NCBI GenBank assembly: GCA_017451425.1
Contig: JAFSPP010000011.1
Span: 26,510 to 90,509, forward strand
From: Clostridia bacterium
GTDB lineage: Bacteria > Bacillota > Clostridia > Oscillospirales > Acutalibacteraceae
Reading direction: 5' to 3'
Length of the DNA stretch: 64,000 nt
Positions 54,360 through 62,460 of the stretch are shown piece after piece (position 1 is the stretch's first letter; every line of letters starts with the position of its first letter). The notes beneath the pieces were generated by a model. The model searched no databases and was not told the origin of the DNA. It saw nothing but the letters and a program-made list of their open reading frames with translations. The translations under genes were made by a program, and so were the position numbers.

Positions 54360-55067
54360 ATGAGCAGAACAACGAAAGTGAAAATATCAATCACCCTCAA
54401 GTTCATCACGTTCATCTGTGTGCTTTCCGCATTTCTGATGTATCCTGAGGGCATTCCGAGTCTTCTGATGTTCTTCACGGGACAGAGCAATTTCCTTATC
54501 GGCATTCTTCAGCTTGTCCTCGGAATTCTGCTTATCCGCAGTTTCAAGTCGGGAAAGTACGAGCTTGATACCATTCCGTATATATTGCAGCTTATCTGTA
54601 CTGTTGCGATTACCGTTACCGGAATTATCTTCTGCGGAGTGCTTGCTCCCGTATTTCTCGCTTCCGGCGCACCGCTTTCGTTCATTCTCTCGCCCTATCA
54701 GATGCTCCTGCACGTAGTGGTGCCCTTGCTCTCGATAGTGGATTTTCTATGCTTTACGAGACCGCTGAATTTTACATACAAGTTCCGCGACTTTGTATGG
54801 CCGATATCCTATCCGCTCTTTTATCTGGCATTTCAGGTTATCTGCTATGTCAGGGGAATTGAGTTTTATCCCGGAGTCACTTATCCTTACTTCTTCATGA
54901 ACTGGGGTTCTCCCGCAGGAGTCTGGGGCTTTTCAAAAGAGATGCCGTACTTCATGGGCGGCGGTTACTGGATAATCATCATCCTGCTTCTCGTACTCGG
55001 AATTTCATTCCTTTATCTGAGGATTGTAAATAAACACATTGTAAAATGTCGTGATAATTTAATTTAA
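54360..55067 (+). CDS. Integral membrane protein of unknown function (possibly Pr6Pr-family)
   Basis: 235 aa with about 6 TM helices and an FFTGQSNFLIG segment. The family call is tentative. Confidence 0.35.
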   Translation: MSRTTKVKISITLKFITFICVLSAFLMYPEGIPSLLMFFTGQSNFLIGILQLVLGILLIRSFKSGKYELDTIPYILQLICTVAITVTGIIFCGVLAPVFLASGAPLSFILSPYQMLLHVVVPLLSIVDFLCFTRPLNFTYKFRDFVWPISYPLFYLAFQVICYVRGIEFYPGVTYPYFFMNWGSPAGVWGFSKEMPYFMGGGYWIIIILLLVLGISFLYLRIVNKHIVKCRDNLI

Positions 55068-55079
55068 GGAGTCTTATAA

Positions 55080-55616
55080 ATGAACACGTATGAAATCACC
55101 ATCTGCGGCCTTACACGCCATCTTCCCCTCTGTGAGGTAAACGAGCATCTCGACATAGCCGGTTTTGTTATCTTCGGCGATGTTGAAATGACAGTTAAGT
55201 GCGCTGAGGAGCTGCTTAAAAAGGCGCCTGAGTTTGATTACATAATCACGGCCGAGGCGAAGGGTATACCGCTCGGTTTTGAAATGGCGCGCCAGGCAGG
55301 CAAGCCCTATATTGTCGCCAGAAAGGCCACAAAGCTCTATATGCTCGAGCCCTTCGGTGTTGAGGTAAAATCCATCACTACAGAACGCGTGCAGCATCTC
55401 TATCTCGACAAGAGTGAGGCTGATCAGCTCAAAGGCAAACGCGTAATCGTCGTTGATGATGTAATATCAACCGGTGAGTCACTTAAGGCCGTTGAGACCC
55501 TCTGTGAAGAAGCAGGCGCAAATGTAGTCGGAAGAATGGCTATCCTTGCCGAGGGCGATGCAGCGAAACGCGACGACCTCATCTTCCTTGAGGAGCTTCC
55601 GCTGTTTTTCAAATAA
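55080..55616 (+). CDS. Type I phosphoribosyltransferase (Apt/Xpt-like purine PRTase family)
   Basis: PRPP-binding loop KRVIVVDDVISTGESL. 178 aa. Confidence 0.65.
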   Translation: MNTYEITICGLTRHLPLCEVNEHLDIAGFVIFGDVEMTVKCAEELLKKAPEFDYIITAEAKGIPLGFEMARQAGKPYIVARKATKLYMLEPFGVEVKSITTERVQHLYLDKSEADQLKGKRVIVVDDVISTGESLKAVETLCEEAGANVVGRMAILAEGDAAKRDDLIFLEELPLFFK

Positions 55617-55626
55617 TATAAAAATG

Positions 55627-55660
55627 AAGAGCGCTTCACTTACGAAGCGCTCTTTTTTAT
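55627..55660. terminator. Bidirectional terminator overlapping the last codons of yfhO
   Basis: AAGAGCGCTTC (55627-55637) pairs with GAAGCGCTCTT (55644-55654), followed by TTTTTAT. Confidence 0.6.
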
Positions 55661-58246
55661 TTTCTTCGGCAGTATTGAAACTGCGAGGAGGACGGCGAGG
55701 GAGGCGACTGAGACCGCGGCGCCGGCTGCGAGGCCCTGAGGCCTGTAGTGCAGGCTGACCGTATGGTCGCCCTGCGTCAGTTTTATGCCGAGCAGCGCAC
55801 CGTCTATGCTTACGATATCGCCGTCCGGAACCTTTTTGCCGTCAACTGTGACGGTCCAGGATTTGTCGTAATTGATTGAGGTGAAGAGGAGGGAGTCGGA
55901 CTTCACACTGACCTTGCCCTCAACCTTTGTGTCAGTCATATTTATGACCGTCATTCCTTGAGAAGCAAGTTTCTCATAGCCCTCTTTGAAAACGTCTTCG
56001 TTGAGGCCGTAGGTGTATACATCGACATAGCCTGATGTGCCTTCTTCAATCGGAATGTCAATATAGAGCAGTTCGCCCGCCTTGTGTACGCCGAGGTCGA
56101 AGATGTAAGGCTCATCGATTGTCTGTGACTTCAGCCAGGTGCTGTCCTCGTTCCTCATGGTAACGGTTTTTACATTTTCCGATTTTACGAAGATATAGAG
56201 GTTCTGTTCCTTCTCGGGAATCAGCTCGAGAGTGAAGGATGCGCCCTGGTCGTCATTGGTCTTGTAGAAGACGAGATTGCCTGTTGAAAGGTCGGAGAAT
56301 TCATCGATATTGTAGTAAATACAGTCGACAATCGGAACGGGCTCAAACACGCCCTCGAGACCTGTCGCGTCCTTCCAGAAATTGCTCTGGTTTATGAAGG
56401 GATCGGTGTTTCCGCTGCCCCATTCGGAGACTGCGGAAGGTACTGCAAAGCCTATGGGCAGGCAGTATTTATTCTCATAAGCCGTGAACTTGTCAACCGT
56501 GCGAATCTCTTTGTAGAAGCGGTCTGAAAGGTCAATTGCGGGTGTGTTGTTCACCAGGTATTTCAGCGAGAACATCGCGTTGTAGACCGGAGTCTGGGGA
56601 TTATAAGTATAGCTGTTGATGTAGTTTCCGAACATGCCGAGATTCTGCTGAAGATTTGCGGATTTCTCGTAGGCCATTGAGGAGAAGACCGAGAGACCAT
56701 TGTATCCGTACCAGGAATCATCCATACGGGCTCGTAGAGAGGTGAGCTCCATACGGTAGAAGTTGTTCTCTTCCCTCTTGTCGAGATCGGATTTCAGTTT
56801 GCGGAAATCGGTGTAGTCACCGGCATAGTTTGTCTTGGGCTGGTCAATGTCGTAATTGTCGGTATTTGCAATGGCAATTTCCGCGAACATGACGCAGAAT
56901 ACGAGAGCCGCCATGGCTCCTGCGGAGAAGCGCGAATTGCGCATGAGATAAAGAACTACGGTATATACGATTACGAAGACGAGACTGATTATAACCGTAT
57001 CGGTTCCCACGTTCTTTGAACCGATTTTCTCAACGACAATGATGAAGAGAGCAAAACCGACTCCGACATTGAGGATCTCGCGTCCGGAGAGTTCCTTGAT
57101 TTTGAAAATGGCCCTTGCGGCTATGGTTATAAGAAGGAATGAATAGCAGTAGGACCAGCGGTACGGCAGGTCGTTCGGGAAGTGGAACGCATGCCAGATG
57201 TTGTTGAGCCAGTTTATGTCAAATGAGAGCGCGAGTATAAGGAGCAATACAAATTTTGAGACCTTTTCGCGCAGCGGAATTGAACGGATATACAGAAACA
57301 GGATTGCCAGCATGACCGTTGCAATACCGCAGTAGATATTCGGCAGGACATCGTCGCCGCTGCTGCGGATTGTCGGTTCAAGAGCGGCAAAGTGCTGGCT
57401 CAGGAAGTCAAAAGCATTGAAGTAGAGCTTAAACTCCTTCGGAAAACTGTCGGATGTGGCCGAGCAGGTCTTCAGACAGTAGAATGTCGGAAGCAGTGAT
57501 ACTGCTGCGAGGCCGCCCGAGATAAGTGAGAAACCGATGAGTCTGCCGAAGTTTTTGAGAGTGCTGAGCGAGGCCTTCTGCGTGGCTGCTATGAACATAA
57601 TCGAATAGAGGATTATGAAGATGCATACCATGTATGCCATATAGTATGAGGCGAACATCAGAAGGGCCAGTGAAATGACGTAGAACAGGCCTTTCTCGCC
57701 TGTGAGAATCTTCTCCAGTCCGAGGATGATAATGGGGAGAAGGACCATTCCGTCAAGCCACATGAAGTTCCAGTAATAAGCTACGAAATAGCCTGAAAAA
57801 GCATAGAGAATACCCAGCCCGGCAGTCAGGAAATCCGATTTGCCGAACTGAGGAGATTTTTTCAGATAATATGTCATTGCTCCTGCGGACAGGGCTGCCT
57901 TGAGTGAGATTATGAAAGCAATACACTCTGTTGTGTTCTTATGTCCGAACAGGAGTATGAGATAAGAGAGGGGACTTGCCAGATAATTTGCGTAATTGCC
58001 GAGGAAACTGCCTCCGCCGCCGGATGTCCAGGAGTAGAGAAGACTCTGTCCGTGGACCACTCTGTCATAGAGTTCGGCGAGTAACGGACCGTACTGATGA
58101 TACATGTCCATTCGCAGGATGGTAATGTCGCCGAAAGGCACCATGTCGTAGCAGAATGCTATGAGAAGCATTATGCCCAGCGAGGTGCCGAAAGAGAGCA
58201 GTATAAATCGCCAATCAAAGGCAAATTTTTTAAGTTTTTCCTTCAA
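55640..58246 (-). CDS. yfhO: YfhO-family GT-C membrane glycosyltransferase
   Basis: 868 aa. The N-terminal FGDITILRMDMYHQYGPLLAELYDRV...LLYSWTSGGGGSFLGNYANYLASPLSYL is the characteristic YfhO opening. There are many TM helices plus a C-terminal extracytoplasmic domain and a final TM. Confidence 0.8.
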   Translation of the reverse strand: MKEKLKKFAFDWRFILLSFGTSLGIMLLIAFCYDMVPFGDITILRMDMYHQYGPLLAELYDRVVHGQSLLYSWTSGGGGSFLGNYANYLASPLSYLILLFGHKNTTECIAFIISLKAALSAGAMTYYLKKSPQFGKSDFLTAGLGILYAFSGYFVAYYWNFMWLDGMVLLPIIILGLEKILTGEKGLFYVISLALLMFASYYMAYMVCIFIILYSIMFIAATQKASLSTLKNFGRLIGFSLISGGLAAVSLLPTFYCLKTCSATSDSFPKEFKLYFNAFDFLSQHFAALEPTIRSSGDDVLPNIYCGIATVMLAILFLYIRSIPLREKVSKFVLLLILALSFDINWLNNIWHAFHFPNDLPYRWSYCYSFLLITIAARAIFKIKELSGREILNVGVGFALFIIVVEKIGSKNVGTDTVIISLVFVIVYTVVLYLMRNSRFSAGAMAALVFCVMFAEIAIANTDNYDIDQPKTNYAGDYTDFRKLKSDLDKREENNFYRMELTSLRARMDDSWYGYNGLSVFSSMAYEKSANLQQNLGMFGNYINSYTYNPQTPVYNAMFSLKYLVNNTPAIDLSDRFYKEIRTVDKFTAYENKYCLPIGFAVPSAVSEWGSGNTDPFINQSNFWKDATGLEGVFEPVPIVDCIYYNIDEFSDLSTGNLVFYKTNDDQGASFTLELIPEKEQNLYIFVKSENVKTVTMRNEDSTWLKSQTIDEPYIFDLGVHKAGELLYIDIPIEEGTSGYVDVYTYGLNEDVFKEGYEKLASQGMTVINMTDTKVEGKVSVKSDSLLFTSINYDKSWTVTVDGKKVPDGDIVSIDGALLGIKLTQGDHTVSLHYRPQGLAAGAAVSVASLAVLLAVSILPKKIKKSAS

Positions 58247-58300
58247 ATCACATACCTGCCTTTAAGTCTTGCGAAAGAAAGTATAACAAATTTTTATATA

Positions 58301-58329
58301 TTGTACAATAAATTTAAAAGTTGTATAAT
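58301..58329 (+). promoter_or_regulatory. Putative promoter of the asp23-nusB... operon
   Basis: TTGTAC (58301-58306), a 17-nt spacer, then TATAAT (58324-58329). Confidence 0.45.
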
Positions 58330-58370
58330 TGGTAAGTACGATTGCATAAATATTCAAGGAGGACAAAATT

Positions 58371-58751
58371 GTGGCAGAAAACAACTACAAAGGCGGTCTT
58401 GTTATTTCTGAGGACGTCATAGCATCTATTGCCATCAATGCCGCAAAGGACGTGGACGGTGTCGCGGGCCTCGGTGTGAGACCGAAGGACCTCTACACAT
58501 CTTTCAAGGTCAATGCCGACAATATCAGACATGTAAAAGTCGATATAACGGACAATGACATCAAGCTCCACATCTATCTCATCCTGTCCGCTTCCGCTAA
58601 AATCCAGGAAGTGGCAGATGCTGTACAGAAAGCGGTCAAGGCCGCAGTACAGAATATGACCGGACGTGTGGTAACCAAGGTGGATGTCACCATTTCCGGC
58701 ATTGAATCAAACAGCGGAGTTGACACTTCGGCCGAACCTTCAGAACTTTAA
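58371..58751 (+). CDS. Asp23/Gls24-family envelope stress protein
   Basis: GGLVISEDVIASIAINAAKDVDGVAG and VDVTISGI. GTG start after AGGAGG. Confidence 0.85.
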   Translation: MAENNYKGGLVISEDVIASIAINAAKDVDGVAGLGVRPKDLYTSFKVNADNIRHVKVDITDNDIKLHIYLILSASAKIQEVADAVQKAVKAAVQNMTGRVVTKVDVTISGIESNSGVDTSAEPSEL

Positions 58752-58763
58752 ACGGCTTATCAA

Positions 58764-58797
58764 ACCCTTCGCGGTCATGCCGTGGAGGGTATTTTTT
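58764..58797 (+). terminator. Possible intra-operon terminator/attenuator between asp23 and nusB
   Basis: An 11-bp stem (58764-58774 / 58780-58790, two wobble pairs) with a 5-nt loop, followed by ATTTTTT. Confidence 0.45.
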
Positions 58798-58808
58798 GAG
58801 GTGTATCT

Positions 58809-59213
58809 ATGACAAGAAGTCAGGAGAGAGAGCAGGCTTTCACTCTGGTATTCGAAAAAGGTTTCAACACGGATCTCTCCATTGATGAAATCTACGATAT
58901 GGCAGTCGAGTCCGAATTCATGAAGCCCTCTGCTTTTACCGAGAGGCTCGCTAAACTCACTGCTGAGAATACGGACGCAATAGATGAGAAGATTAAGGAA
59001 TTCTCCGTGGGCTGGACCCTTGACAGAATTACAAAGGTCTCGCTCTCAATTCTCAGAATTGCGGTCTGTGAAATGCTCTATATGGACGATGTCCCTGTCG
59101 GAGTCTCTATAAATGAGGCCGTTGAACTGGCAAAGAACTATGCAACCAACGAGGACGGACAGTTCATAAACGGTGTCCTCGGCAGCATTGCGAGGGACCT
59201 GGAGAAGAAATGA
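58809..59213 (+). CDS. nusB: Transcription antitermination factor NusB
   Basis: SQEREQAFTLVFE, ILRIAVCEMLYMDDVPVGVSINEAVELAK and FINGVLG. Confidence 0.85.
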   Translation: MTRSQEREQAFTLVFEKGFNTDLSIDEIYDMAVESEFMKPSAFTERLAKLTAENTDAIDEKIKEFSVGWTLDRITKVSLSILRIAVCEMLYMDDVPVGVSINEAVELAKNYATNEDGQFINGVLGSIARDLEKK

Positions 59214-60169
59214 GCCTGTTTCTCGGAATTGACACGAGCAACTACACAACTTCCGTTGCTCTTTATGACGCGACTGAAAAAAAGGTAATACAATCACGCA
59301 GACTTCTGCCTGTGAAGGAAGGGGAGCGCGGCATACGTCAGTCCGACGCCGTCTTTCATCATACGCAGCAGCTGCGCGAGCTTCTTCCGAAACTGCTCGC
59401 TGAAAACGGCAGCGTTTCAGCTGTGGCTGTTTCGGTCTCTCCCAGGCGCGCAGAGGGCTCGTATATGCCCTGCTTTACCGTCGGACATACCGTTGCCGCC
59501 TCTGTCGCTGCGGCGCTCTCGGTGCCGCTCTATGAGGTCTCACACCAGGAGGGACATATTGCCGCGGCTCTTTTCGGCGCCGGCAGGACCGATCTGCTTG
59601 GCCGGGACTGCTTTGCGTTCCATGTCTCAGGAGGCACCACCGAGTCCCTTCGTGTCAGACAGGAGGGAGACAATCCCGTATCCGCGACACTCATCGGTTC
59701 TTCAACCGATCTTAAAGCCGGACAGGCCATAGACCGCGTAGGTCTTATGCTCGGTCTAAGATTTCCCTGCGGACCGGAACTTGAAAAGCTTGCGCGTGAG
59801 TCCGCGAAAACCAAAAAGGACTTTCCTGAACTTAAAGTCTCAATGAACGGAGCGGACTGCAGTCTGTCCGGAATAGAGAATAAGTGCAGGGACATGCAAA
59901 ACAGAGGAGAACCCGCATGTGACATTGCCATGTTCTGTCTCTGCAGCATTGAGAAAGCCGTAGAAGGCATGCTGAAGGCACTGCCCGATGAGAAACTGCC
60001 TGTAGTATTCTCGGGAGGCGTCATGTCCGACATGATCCTTCAGGAACAGCTGGGACAATTCTGTCTGAGCACGGGCAGGGAAGCAGTGTTTACAAAACCA
60101 GAATTCTCAAGCGATAACGCGGCCGGTGTCGCGATACTCGCTTCGATTTACGGAGAAAGCAATGATTAA
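59210..60169 (+). CDS. Divergent Kae1/TsaD-like (M22 'glycoprotease' family, ASKHA fold) protein
   Basis: LGIDTSNYTTSVAL (TsaD has GIETSCDETS), SHQEGHIAAA (TsaD has HMEGH), FHVSGGTTE, GGVMSDMILQEQL and SSDNAAGVA. Confidence 0.6.
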   Translation: MSLFLGIDTSNYTTSVALYDATEKKVIQSRRLLPVKEGERGIRQSDAVFHHTQQLRELLPKLLAENGSVSAVAVSVSPRRAEGSYMPCFTVGHTVAASVAAALSVPLYEVSHQEGHIAAALFGAGRTDLLGRDCFAFHVSGGTTESLRVRQEGDNPVSATLIGSSTDLKAGQAIDRVGLMLGLRFPCGPELEKLARESAKTKKDFPELKVSMNGADCSLSGIENKCRDMQNRGEPACDIAMFCLCSIEKAVEGMLKALPDEKLPVVFSGGVMSDMILQEQLGQFCLSTGREAVFTKPEFSSDNAAGVAILASIYGESND

Positions 60170-61358
60170 TGTGACACCGGAGGTATACTCCGTTGCACAA
60201 CTCAACAACTATATCAAAGCCCTCTTTGAGCAGGACATACCTCTGACCTGCGTCGCTGTTGAGGGCGAGATTTCCAATTTCAAGAATCATACTTCCGGTC
60301 ACTGGTACATGACACTGAAGGATGACACATCCGCCATCCGCGCCGTGATGTTCAGGGGCCAGAATGCACACATAAAATTCATACCGGAAAACGGTATGAA
60401 GATACTTGCCGTCGGACGCGTGTCGGTTTACGAGCGCGACGGCACATATCAGATCTATATCAATGACATGATGCCCGAGGGCGCCGGAGCGCTGAGTATA
60501 GCCTTTGAACAGCTCCGCGTAAAACTTGAGAAAGAGGGACTCTTTTCTGATGAGCACAAGAAGCCCATTCCGAAGTACCCAAAAGCCGTCGGTGTCGTAA
60601 CCGCAGAGACAGGTGCGGCTTTCCAGGATATCTGCAAGGTCCTGAAAAGACGCTGGCCGGCAGTGAAAGTGGTTTTATCCCCGGCCCTGGTCCAGGGTTC
60701 GGACGCGCCGCCTTCAATTGTCAGCGCCATTGAGGCGCTTGACAGGTCGGGTCTCTGTGATGTCATGATTGTGGGACGCGGCGGCGGTTCCGTTGAAGAC
60801 CTCTGGTGCTTCAATGATGAGAGCGTCGCACGTGCGATTTACGCCTGTAAGACACCTGTTATTTCCGGTGTGGGCCATGAGCCCGACATAACCATTGCGG
60901 ACTATGTAGCTGACAGACGCGCTCCCACACCTTCCGCTGCGGCTGAACTTGCCGTGCCGGACGGCACTGCAGAACTTGAACGTCTCCGCAGCCTGTCCGC
61001 GCGTATGGGTCAGCTTGTCGGGAATAAGGTTCAAACATACAGACTCAGTCTGAACGCCCTTACATCGCGCAATGTCATGCAGAGTCCTCTTGCACTCGTG
61101 AATGAGCGCAGACTTCTGGTTGACTCATATACCGACCGCATTTCGGCTTCGGCCGGGAGAAAGGTGGCGGATGAGAGAAATCGATTCCTTGTCCTCACCG
61201 GCAAACTTGACGCATTCTCACCGCTCAAGGTGCTCTCCAGAGGTTACAGCATAACAGAGGGCCCCGGCGGTGTGGTTAAATCGGTATCCGATGTCTCCGC
61301 GGGAGACAGACTTACTATAAAACTGAGCGACGGCGCCATAGGCGCGGAGGTAGTTTAA
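60162..61358 (+). CDS. xseA: Exodeoxyribonuclease VII large subunit
   Basis: Start chosen at ATG 60162 (RBS GGAGAAAG). YSVAQLNNYIKALFE, GEISNFKNHTSGHWYMTLKD, VGVVTAETGAAFQDI, RGGGSVEDLWCFNDE and GHEPD. Confidence 0.9.
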   Translation: MINVTPEVYSVAQLNNYIKALFEQDIPLTCVAVEGEISNFKNHTSGHWYMTLKDDTSAIRAVMFRGQNAHIKFIPENGMKILAVGRVSVYERDGTYQIYINDMMPEGAGALSIAFEQLRVKLEKEGLFSDEHKKPIPKYPKAVGVVTAETGAAFQDICKVLKRRWPAVKVVLSPALVQGSDAPPSIVSAIEALDRSGLCDVMIVGRGGGSVEDLWCFNDESVARAIYACKTPVISGVGHEPDITIADYVADRRAPTPSAAAELAVPDGTAELERLRSLSARMGQLVGNKVQTYRLSLNALTSRNVMQSPLALVNERRLLVDSYTDRISASAGRKVADERNRFLVLTGKLDAFSPLKVLSRGYSITEGPGGVVKSVSDVSAGDRLTIKLSDGAIGAEVV

Positions 61359-61549
61359 TGGAAGAACTCAGCTATGAACAGCAGATGAAAAGGCTTGAGG
61401 AGATTGTCGCAAAACTCGAGGACGGATCTCTCGGACTCGATGAATCACTCAAGCTGTTTGAAGAAGGTACCAAACTTGCTGCTGAGTGCAACAAGGTTTT
61501 GAATAATGCCGAGCAGAAGATAATCAAGCTCTCGGGGGAAGAGGAATAA
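61358..61549 (+). CDS. xseB: Exodeoxyribonuclease VII small subunit
   Basis: 63 aa. LEEIVAKLEDGSLGLDESLKLFEEGTKL is the typical XseB helix-turn-helix hairpin. Confidence 0.9.
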   Translation: MEELSYEQQMKRLEEIVAKLEDGSLGLDESLKLFEEGTKLAAECNKVLNNAEQKIIKLSGEEE

Positions 61550-61551
61550 TA

Positions 61552-62451
61552 ATGGGAAGCGAATTACTTTCGGCACCAGCATTTAAGCACTATACCTCAC
61601 TTGTTAACCTTGTAAACGCCACTCTCGGTGACTACCTCAGCATCAACAACATGCCTTACCAGGTGGTTGCCGACGCAATGCAGTACAGCGTGGAAATCGG
61701 CGGAAAACGCGTCAGACCGCTCCTTGTACTGGAGTTCTGCCGTATCTGCGGCGGAAATATCTCGGACGCACTGCCTTTTGCCTGTGCTCTTGAACTCATT
61801 CATACATATTCACTGGTTCACGACGACCTGCCGGCTATGGACAATGACTCCTTCCGCCGCGGCAAGGAATCAACCTGGAAGAAATACGGGGAGGCTTACG
61901 GCATCCTTACGGGTGACGCTCTTTTAACCTATGCTTTCCAGATTGCTTCCGATGCAGGTGTGTCTGACCATACAACCACCATCGCCACCAGATGTCTTGC
62001 AAACTATGCAGGCATCTTCGGAATGATAGGCGGCCAGACTCTTGACCTTCAGAACGAGATGTCCGAGGATATCACGCTTGAAGATCTCAAAGAGACCCAC
62101 AGACTTAAAACCGGCGCTCTTATCAGATGCGCCTGTGAACTCGGCTGTGCGGCGGCAGACGCTTCTTCCGAACAGTTTGAAGCCTCCAAGAAGTACGCGG
62201 AAAACCTCGGCCTCGCTTTCCAGATCACCGATGACATACTTGATGTCACCGGAAATCCCGAGGTCCTCGGCAAGGAAGTGGGACAGGATGCCGCAAACGG
62301 CAAGGTCACTTATGTCACCCTGCTCGGAGTGGAAGAAGCCGAAAAGCTCGCCGCCGAGTATACTCAGAATGCTCTTGACGCCCTTGATGCCTTCGACGAT
62401 GTCGAATACCTGAGAGAGGCGACAAAATATCTTCTCAACAGAGAGAATTAG
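61552..62451 (+). CDS. ispA: (2E,6E)-farnesyl diphosphate synthase / polyprenyl synthetase
   Basis: First Asp-rich motif LVHDDLPAMDNDSFRRG, second FQITDDILD. Confidence 0.9.
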   Translation: MGSELLSAPAFKHYTSLVNLVNATLGDYLSINNMPYQVVADAMQYSVEIGGKRVRPLLVLEFCRICGGNISDALPFACALELIHTYSLVHDDLPAMDNDSFRRGKESTWKKYGEAYGILTGDALLTYAFQIASDAGVSDHTTTIATRCLANYAGIFGMIGGQTLDLQNEMSEDITLEDLKETHRLKTGALIRCACELGCAAADASSEQFEASKKYAENLGLAFQITDDILDVTGNPEVLGKEVGQDAANGKVTYVTLLGVEEAEKLAAEYTQNALDALDAFDDVEYLREATKYLLNREN

Positions 62452-62460
62452 GAGAGTCCA

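Noticed and set aside
60126-60161. An upstream start for xseA (MSRYSLRFTEKA...).
   Set aside because: It lies within the preceding gene and has no RBS. ATG 60162 follows GGAGAAAG, and the conserved XseA N-terminus starts there.
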